Shown here piece after piece: positions 58,856-64,000 of a stretch of 64,000 nucleotides of DNA. Positions within the stretch are counted from its first letter, which is position 1. Each line of letters begins with the position of its first letter. The position numbers and the translations under genes are program-made. Location of the stretch: IMG/VR virus record IMGVR_UViG_3300045988_155520, positions 192,001 through 256,000 of that record; one strand, written 5' to 3'. The notes below the pieces were generated by a model. The model ran no database searches. It was not told where the DNA came from and was given only the letters and a program-made list of their open reading frames with translations. Source of the DNA: a virus.

Positions 58856-59485
58856 TTGAGTATCGTTACAAAGTTTGATAAATCTATTGCATATCTAACA
58901 GGTGAAGGAGAAATAACTAAACAAAAATTACCTGATGCACCTATAATAAAAGCTATATTAACTAATAGATGTACTGGTATAGGTCCGTCAGCATTTAAAC
59001 ATAATATCTTACAGAAAATTACTATTTCCAATACGGTAACTTCAATAGGTAGTAATGCTTTTGAAGATTGCTACGGATTAGAAAATATTTCATTACCACA
59101 ATCATTAAAAACGATAGGAGATAAAGCTTTTAGTGGCTGTTGGGCAACAAATCTTGCAATACCAGATGGTGCTAAAACCATTGGGAATGATGCTATAAAT
59201 AACTGTCCAAAATTGGAGACCTTAGTATTACCAGCATCATTAGAAAATATAGGAAATAACTTAAACTTTGAAAACTGTCGGAAGCTATCTCAAATTGTTT
59301 TATATGGAAGTGTTTCCAGATTAAATGACGACTTTAAAGAATTTTTGAGCAGTAATAATGAGTTTAAAAATCAAAATAGAACATATGGAAGTCTAAGCAT
59401 AACTGTAGAAGCATCTATTGCAGCAGAATATGAAGACTTTAAAAATAGGATAAATGGTAATTTCAACATTAATATAATGTATTAA
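58856..59485 (+). CDS. BspA-type LRR protein, main part (frame open from ~58808; only a TTG start at 58856)
   Basis: ISNTVTSIGSNAFEDCYGLENISLPQSLKTIGDKAFSGCWATNLAIPDGAKTIGNDAINNCPKLETLVLPASLENIG. Confidence 0.75.
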   Translation: MSIVTKFDKSIAYLTGEGEITKQKLPDAPIIKAILTNRCTGIGPSAFKHNILQKITISNTVTSIGSNAFEDCYGLENISLPQSLKTIGDKAFSGCWATNLAIPDGAKTIGNDAINNCPKLETLVLPASLENIGNNLNFENCRKLSQIVLYGSVSRLNDDFKEFLSSNNEFKNQNRTYGSLSITVEASIAAEYEDFKNRINGNFNINIMY

Positions 59486-59494
59486 AACAAAAAT

Positions 59495-59524
59495 ACGAGC
59501 TGTGAAACAAAATCATTAGCTCGT
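59495..59524. terminator. bidirectional hairpin between convergent genes
   Basis: ACGAGCT pairs with AGCTCGT, followed by CTTTTTG. Confidence 0.7.
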
Positions 59525-59536
59525 CTTTTTGTTAGT

Positions 59537-59866
59537 CTACAAATTATCTTTTCTACCATTATTCGGGTTATGAACGTCGTTCTTTGTTACAGAACAACCA
59601 TTAGATTGAGTTGGTTCACCAGGAGTAAATCTACCTCCTGTTATTGAACCACCACAAAACATATCACACATTTCTATATATTCATCTACAGTCATCAACG
59701 AATCAGGGTCAATAAACTTTTCCAGTTTTTCAAGACGTTCATTGATTTTTCTTAATTCATTGATTTTTGCATCGTAATCAAAACTATCATTAGATTTCAT
59801 AGCTTCGTCCATACAATAAGTTGTCTGTGAAACTTTTTTTTCTATTTTAACCATAATATTTAACAC
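59537..59866 (-). CDS. hypothetical protein, short paralog of 57103-57489
   Basis: 109 aa. Overlaps the 3' end of the Panacea-like gene by 20 nt. Confidence 0.65.
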   Translation of the reverse strand: MLNIMVKIEKKVSQTTYCMDEAMKSNDSFDYDAKINELRKINERLEKLEKFIDPDSLMTVDEYIEMCDMFCGGSITGGRFTPGEPTQSNGCSVTKNDVHNPNNGRKDNL

Positions 59867-60368
59867 TATTTCTTATCATTTTTGTTGGAATTATTATATT
59901 AAAATTACCATTTGTTAAAGCAACGTCATAACAAATTTTCCAACAAGACCATTTCTGAACAATATCTACCAATTTAGTAGGTTGATAATATAGGATGTTT
60001 GGATTTTTTTCAAGTAATAAATTTATTGCTTCATCGACCACTTGTTTACTATCATTATCTAAATCAATACTAACACTATCGTTCTTTATGTTACAGGAGG
60101 AATTGGTAATAGAGTATTTTGATAAGATATCTGCTGCAATAAATTCACAAACATCTTCTTCTACTGGACCAAATGGTTTTGCTACAAACTTATTGAAAAT
60201 TTCTGTTAGTTGTTTATTCTCATCTGTTGAAAACAAACCAACAGTTAAAAACAATAATCTAATTAACTTAGGTGCAGTAAATGTATCTGTTTTATTATTG
60301 TTTTTACGTATTAATGCATCTACAAAATATTCAAAAAATAAACTTTTAGCTTTCATACTCTTATTCAT
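59847..60368 (-). CDS. Panacea-domain (DUF4065, SocA/GepA-like) protein, tentative
   Basis: AKSLFFEYFVDALI...TFTAPKLIRLLFLTVGLFSTDENKQLTEIFNKFVAKPFGPVEEDVCEFI fits the pattern a-YF...KLxKLLYLxxG...lFxexFxAWxxGPVxxxvY. Confidence 0.45.
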   Translation of the reverse strand: MNKSMKAKSLFFEYFVDALIRKNNNKTDTFTAPKLIRLLFLTVGLFSTDENKQLTEIFNKFVAKPFGPVEEDVCEFIAADILSKYSITNSSCNIKNDSVSIDLDNDSKQVVDEAINLLLEKNPNILYYQPTKLVDIVQKWSCWKICYDVALTNGNFNIIIPTKMIRNSVKYYG

Positions 60369-60960
60369 TTTTATGCATATTCAGATGATAATTTTCTTTT
60401 AATTCTTCATATCTGTCAAGAATGAGTTTCTTATCATCTTCAGTAAGTTTTTCAGCTTCTTCTTTTGTTTGAAAGTAGTTTCCTGCGAGCCATGCCAAAC
60501 TATTACTATGGATTATATCTTCAATAGATTCTTTTACTGTATTTTCTTCCAAATTATAATAGAAGAATCGTTCATTGTCATTTGCATCAAATTGATATCG
60601 TTTTAGATAACTATTCCAAGATACGTTCTTAAATTTTCTACATATGTTTTGTAAGTAGACGTAATGGTCAAAATATCCCTTTTCCCACTTATATTCTTCA
60701 GTATTATCAATTTCTACTGTGGTATCGAATTTAATTCCTTCTGAAGGTGAAAAATAACAAAAAACTTTAGCTTTAGTTTCTGTAATATACTCATTAAATA
60801 ATGCATAAATAGTTTCGTCTCTATTTTGCATTCTCATAATATCTTCTTTTTCAAACTTAGGATATTCAATCTGTTCGAAAGAGACTACACCATCTTCAAT
60901 AACTGGTTTGTAACCATCTGGAATATCTATGCGGTCACATTCGTCAAAAATAATTTTCAT
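60361..60960 (-). CDS. hypothetical protein related to the 43992-46341 repeat-module family
   Basis: IDIPDGYKPVIEDGVVSFEQ parallels INIPDGYIATIENGKIYFTKE in 43992-45467. Overlaps the next gene by 8 nt. Confidence 0.7.
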   Translation of the reverse strand: MKIIFDECDRIDIPDGYKPVIEDGVVSFEQIEYPKFEKEDIMRMQNRDETIYALFNEYITETKAKVFCYFSPSEGIKFDTTVEIDNTEEYKWEKGYFDHYVYLQNICRKFKNVSWNSYLKRYQFDANDNERFFYYNLEENTVKESIEDIIHSNSLAWLAGNYFQTKEEAEKLTEDDKKLILDRYEELKENYHLNMHKNE

Positions 60961-60981
60961 ATTCTTAAAATTACTAAATTA

Positions 60982-61185
60982 TTAATAAACATCATTTAAA
61001 AATTTATAAACTGCGAATACACATAATGGGAATAATGATGATATAACGTACATTATTCGAACAAAAACAATACCATAAAAATCAGAACTTATCCATTCCA
61101 AATTCCATAGAATAATAGCAAAGATAATGTACAGTGAGGTAAAACTTGTAATCGTAATGCAAGCTACTTTTGAAAACTTCTTCAT
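60982..61185 (-). CDS. small membrane protein (two TM segments)
   Basis: 67 aa: VACITITSFTSLYIIFAIILW and IMYVISSLFPLCVFAVY. Confidence 0.6.
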   Translation of the reverse strand: MKKFSKVACITITSFTSLYIIFAIILWNLEWISSDFYGIVFVRIMYVISSLFPLCVFAVYKFLNDVY

Positions 61186-61197
61186 ATTATTTTTTTT

Positions 61198-61794
61198 TTA
61201 AAATTTATCTCTCACATCAGTTTCTTGAACTATTCCATCTTTAACAGTATAATATGTGTCTGGTTTATACATTTTACCATCAACAACATACATTAATTCT
61301 CGTTCAGTTTCAAATGTATTATTTTCTTTATTATATCTTACGTCAGAAATGTTAACGATAGTTCCGACCGAAGCTATAACTATATCTCCGAAGCCATGGG
61401 CATAAATAGTACATTTTTCACCATCACATCTAACTTGATTTCCATTTCCTAAAGTATGGATTTTACAATCATTACCATGGTTTATTATAGTTGGAGAATC
61501 AGCATGAACAATAATAGAACAATTGTTGCCATAGTTTTCAATGTATCCACCTCTCTTCATCAACGATATTTTACAATGTTTACCACTATTAACGACATTT
61601 GTATTACAACCATTACAATACATATCAACTAAATCACCAGTATTATATATCTTAGCCAAGCTACCAGTTCCTAATATCGTTGTATATGAAGCATCATTTG
61701 TAATTTCAGTTTTGATTCTATTGTAAAACAATGTTTTATTTTCACAATGATTAACAAATGATTCATCGCTGAAAGGGATTTTCGTTATGTCCAT
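61198..61794 (-). CDS. hypothetical protein with short Gly/Asn/Cys-rich repeats (beta-solenoid-like)
   Basis: NGCNTNVVNSGKHCKISLMKRGGYIENYGNNCSIIVHADSPTIINHGNDCKIHTLGNGNQVRCDGEKCTIYAHGFGD. Confidence 0.7.
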   Translation of the reverse strand: MDITKIPFSDESFVNHCENKTLFYNRIKTEITNDASYTTILGTGSLAKIYNTGDLVDMYCNGCNTNVVNSGKHCKISLMKRGGYIENYGNNCSIIVHADSPTIINHGNDCKIHTLGNGNQVRCDGEKCTIYAHGFGDIVIASVGTIVNISDVRYNKENNTFETERELMYVVDGKMYKPDTYYTVKDGIVQETDVRDKF

Positions 61795-61815
61795 ATATTC
61801 TCTTATTAATTACAC

Positions 61816-61850
61816 TGCAAAGATAATAAAACTATTCAATACAACAAAAT
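61816..61850 (-). promoter_or_regulatory. Bacteroidota-type promoter
   Basis: rc -7 TGCAAAG at 61816-61822 and rc -33 AACAAAA at 61843-61849. Confidence 0.65.
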
Positions 61851-61872
61851 AAAAATAGTTAAAAAAATAAAA

Positions 61873-61896
61873 GTGGAATACAAAAACATATTCCAC
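61873..61896 (-). terminator. hairpin terminator
   Basis: GTGGAATA pairs with TATTCCAC. The reverse strand continues TTTTATTTTTTT. Confidence 0.8.
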
Positions 61897-61905
61897 TAAT
61901 CCTAT

Positions 61906-62154
61906 TCACCAAGAAATACGGAGATATACACTTCCGTTAAAACCTTGACTTTCTTCAGCTACAGAAAAACCACTTTTCACCAACTCAGAACATATATAAT
62001 CATTCCATAAATCTCTATCATAAATATACGTTTCCCGTACACCCAAAAGAGCGTCGTGTTTTAATATATCGTTAAGTTTTTCAATTCTCTTAATATTGCC
62101 TTCAGTATCTTTTGAAAATTCAATTAATTCATTTGGAGATATAAAATTTACCAT
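61906..62154 (-). CDS. hypothetical protein, paralog of 62195-62443
   Basis: FISPNELIEFSKDTEGNIKRIEKLNDIL...YIYDRDLWNDYICSELVKSGFSV versus FSTPDELIKISENRKNNAEKIEKINDML...FIYEKELWNDEILSELSQNGFTI. Confidence 0.75.
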   Translation of the reverse strand: MVNFISPNELIEFSKDTEGNIKRIEKLNDILKHDALLGVRETYIYDRDLWNDYICSELVKSGFSVAEESQGFNGSVYLRISW

Positions 62155-62194
62155 AACTATATATTTTTTTATAAATTATCAGACTACTATTAGT

Positions 62195-62443
62195 TCACCA
62201 AGAAATATAAAGAGAAGGGTCTTCGAAAAATCCCTCTTTCTCTTCAGTAATTGTAAAACCATTTTGAGATAATTCAGAAAGAATTTCATCATTCCATAAC
62301 TCTTTCTCATAAATAAAAATTTCTCGTTTACCATCACTTGCAGCTTCTATTAACATATCGTTAATTTTCTCAATTTTTTCTGCATTATTTTTTCTATTTT
62401 CAGAAATCTTAATTAATTCATCTGGTGTTGAAAATTTTGTCAT
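62195..62443 (-). CDS. hypothetical protein, paralog of 61906-62154
   Basis: See 61906-62154. Confidence 0.75.
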   Translation of the reverse strand: MTKFSTPDELIKISENRKNNAEKIEKINDMLIEAASDGKREIFIYEKELWNDEILSELSQNGFTITEEKEGFFEDPSLYISW

Positions 62444-62455
62444 AACTATATATTT

Positions 62456-63193
62456 TTATATTGTAAATAATTTCTCTATTGGTTTCTTTGTGATTGTTTG
62501 ATTTAAAGAACATAATACAGGTTTCTCCCATATACATTCAAAATCATCTGGCATATTGTATTCAGAAACAAAAACTTTATATCCATCTTTACTACGCTCT
62601 CGACACCATTGATAGAATGCCTCGTAATCGAATGTTTTTGAAGTACTGTACTGTTTTACGCCTTTATATGGAATATCGCAATACACAATACATTTATCGG
62701 TTGGTGGAAGTATGAATTTATCATAATTCTCACAAGAGAAAACTATATCTTTAATTGCAGGTAATTGATTCATTACGTTTCTAATTGATTCAGAAATGTA
62801 ATCTCGTGGTTTACCATTACTTCCTTGCACATTATGACCACTATATCCACCAGCAAAGAAACGACCGTTAAAACTTGCCATATGACCTATCCAACCTAAT
62901 TCTGCTTTAGTGAAAGTTGAATAATCACATTTATTATATGCCTCACGTGCTTTGTTATAAAGTTCTCTTTCAATTGTAGTTTCTCCAACCCATTCATTTT
63001 GGAGAGCTTTCCACATTTCAATTAAGAACTCATTATTATCATTGGATAATCTGATAAAGTCACGAGGAACTTTATCTATTAAATTACAGCCACCACAAAA
63101 TAGGTCAACAAAATAATCACCTTTATTTAGCTTACCTGTCATAAGTGGTATAATCTCACTTGCCGTTCTATTTTTTGAACCTTGATATTTCAT
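62456..63193 (-). CDS. dam: D12-class (Dam-type) N6-adenine DNA methyltransferase
   Basis: MKYQGSKNR (YxGxK), DLFCGGCNL (AdoMet motif) and VYCDIPYKG (DPPY-type catalytic motif), in Dam order. Confidence 0.85.
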   Translation of the reverse strand: MKYQGSKNRTASEIIPLMTGKLNKGDYFVDLFCGGCNLIDKVPRDFIRLSNDNNEFLIEMWKALQNEWVGETTIERELYNKAREAYNKCDYSTFTKAELGWIGHMASFNGRFFAGGYSGHNVQGSNGKPRDYISESIRNVMNQLPAIKDIVFSCENYDKFILPPTDKCIVYCDIPYKGVKQYSTSKTFDYEAFYQWCRERSKDGYKVFVSEYNMPDDFECIWEKPVLCSLNQTITKKPIEKLFTI

Positions 63194-63200
63194 GAACTAT

Positions 63201-63527
63201 TTAAACTTTTAATCCTATAGCTTCAAACCAATTCCATATTTTGATATATTTATCAGTATCATATTGAAAGCTACCAGTAACAAAATAATTAATTGGCATC
63301 ATAATAAACATTATTAATATTAGGATTATAGCCAATGGCATAGTTAATCTCAAAAGGGCAGGAACTTTCTTCTTATGGACCATGAAAAATCTCACATTAG
63401 ATTGAGAAAATCTTCTATATAGTTCATCACGTGATAGGTCTTTAAGTTCTGGAAAAATCTTATCAAAATCTGGAATATAGTTCATACTTCCAAATGATGT
63501 TACATTTTCTAATTTTGTAAAAATCAT
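63201..63527 (-). CDS. hypothetical membrane-anchored protein
   Basis: 108 aa with a central TM segment (LRLTMPLAIILILIMFIMMPINYFV). Confidence 0.6.
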   Translation of the reverse strand: MIFTKLENVTSFGSMNYIPDFDKIFPELKDLSRDELYRRFSQSNVRFFMVHKKKVPALLRLTMPLAIILILIMFIMMPINYFVTGSFQYDTDKYIKIWNWFEAIGLKV

Positions 63528-63537
63528 ATTTATCTAT

Positions 63538-63966
63538 TTATTTTATCTCAAAGAAATCAAAAGAAAATCTATATTTAAAGAAACGTGAAAGATATTCATC
63601 TAACATTTCAGTAAAAAAATAATTATAAAAATATAGCTTCTTATTATTTTGCGTCGATGATATTGTTAAAACGTCGCATTTTTTGCCACGTTTCATGTTT
63701 TTTGCAATAACATCTTGTAAAATTAAGTCATCACTACAGAAATCTATAGTTTTACAGTTTACTCGTAAAATATTCGTTCCATCTATTTTTAGAATATTCG
63801 CAATGTTTGATAAATCATCTGTTAAATCTAAAATATTATTTTCAACATAAAAATTTTTAGACAAACCAAAATGGTCATATTTATTATCTGTTAATTTCTT
63901 TATCTCGTAAGATAATTTAACTTCTTCAATTTCATATTCTAAATCGTAAAGTTTTATTCGTAACAT
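63538..63966 (-). CDS. hypothetical protein
   Basis: 142-aa ORF, 10 nt upstream of the next gene. Confidence 0.65.
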   Translation of the reverse strand: MLRIKLYDLEYEIEEVKLSYEIKKLTDNKYDHFGLSKNFYVENNILDLTDDLSNIANILKIDGTNILRVNCKTIDFCSDDLILQDVIAKNMKRGKKCDVLTISSTQNNKKLYFYNYFFTEMLDEYLSRFFKYRFSFDFFEIK

Positions 63967-64000
63967 ATTTCTGTTCTAAATAAATTATTACTATTATCTT

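Noticed and set aside
1-64000. Stop-codon reassignment (as in some crAss-like or Lak phages)
   Set aside because: Standard-code ORFs tile the window densely, with conserved start contexts and terminators right after their stops. The only in-frame stops I found are single events (47294-47296 TAA, and the frame breaks at homopolymers), not a systematic TAG or TGA pattern.

Overview
Visibly AT-rich, gene-dense DNA that looks like an accessory region of a large bacteriophage infecting a Bacteroidota host. Most transcription units have a Bacteroidota-style promoter: TTTG at -33 and TAnnTTTG at -7, which read as TGCAAAG...CCAAA on the + strand for reverse genes. There are no Shine-Dalgarno sites; starts sit in a conserved AGAATTATG context, and units end in hairpin plus T-tract terminators. 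I recognise no structural, replication, integrase, rRNA or CRISPR features. Layout: (i) 1-13 kb is a mixed-strand block. It holds BspA-type LRR genes or fragments, a metallophosphoesterase, an operon of two paralogs plus an SPPY methyltransferase, and three tandem genes built from LPDNLTVGG-type repeats. One of those three ends in a degenerate Thg1/TLP-like domain. (ii) 13.5-39.9 kb holds about 55 small reverse-strand genes arranged as promoter-leader-ORF-terminator cassettes. Many are paralogs, and a recurring ~200-bp intergenic block separates the units. (iii) 38.6-42.3 kb is a strand-switch, largely non-coding region with a repeated 16-bp palindrome. (iv) 42.3-47.1 kb is a forward module of repeat-domain proteins flanked by mirrored low-complexity arms, followed by a promoter-driven tRNA-like locus. 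(v) 48.5-64 kb holds reverse genes, including a solo TnpB element (about 53.65-55.15 kb) with its omega-RNA region, a Panacea (DUF4065)-like gene cluster and a Dam-type methyltransferase. The most notable observation is a second, ORF-less copy of the TnpB 3' end and omega-RNA scaffold at 33.84-33.98 kb. It keeps its RNA stems through compensatory substitutions and lies inside a transcribed 3' UTR. Homopolymer tracts (A9, G6, G9) also split three genes. All functional calls rest on by-eye motif recognition; no searches were run.
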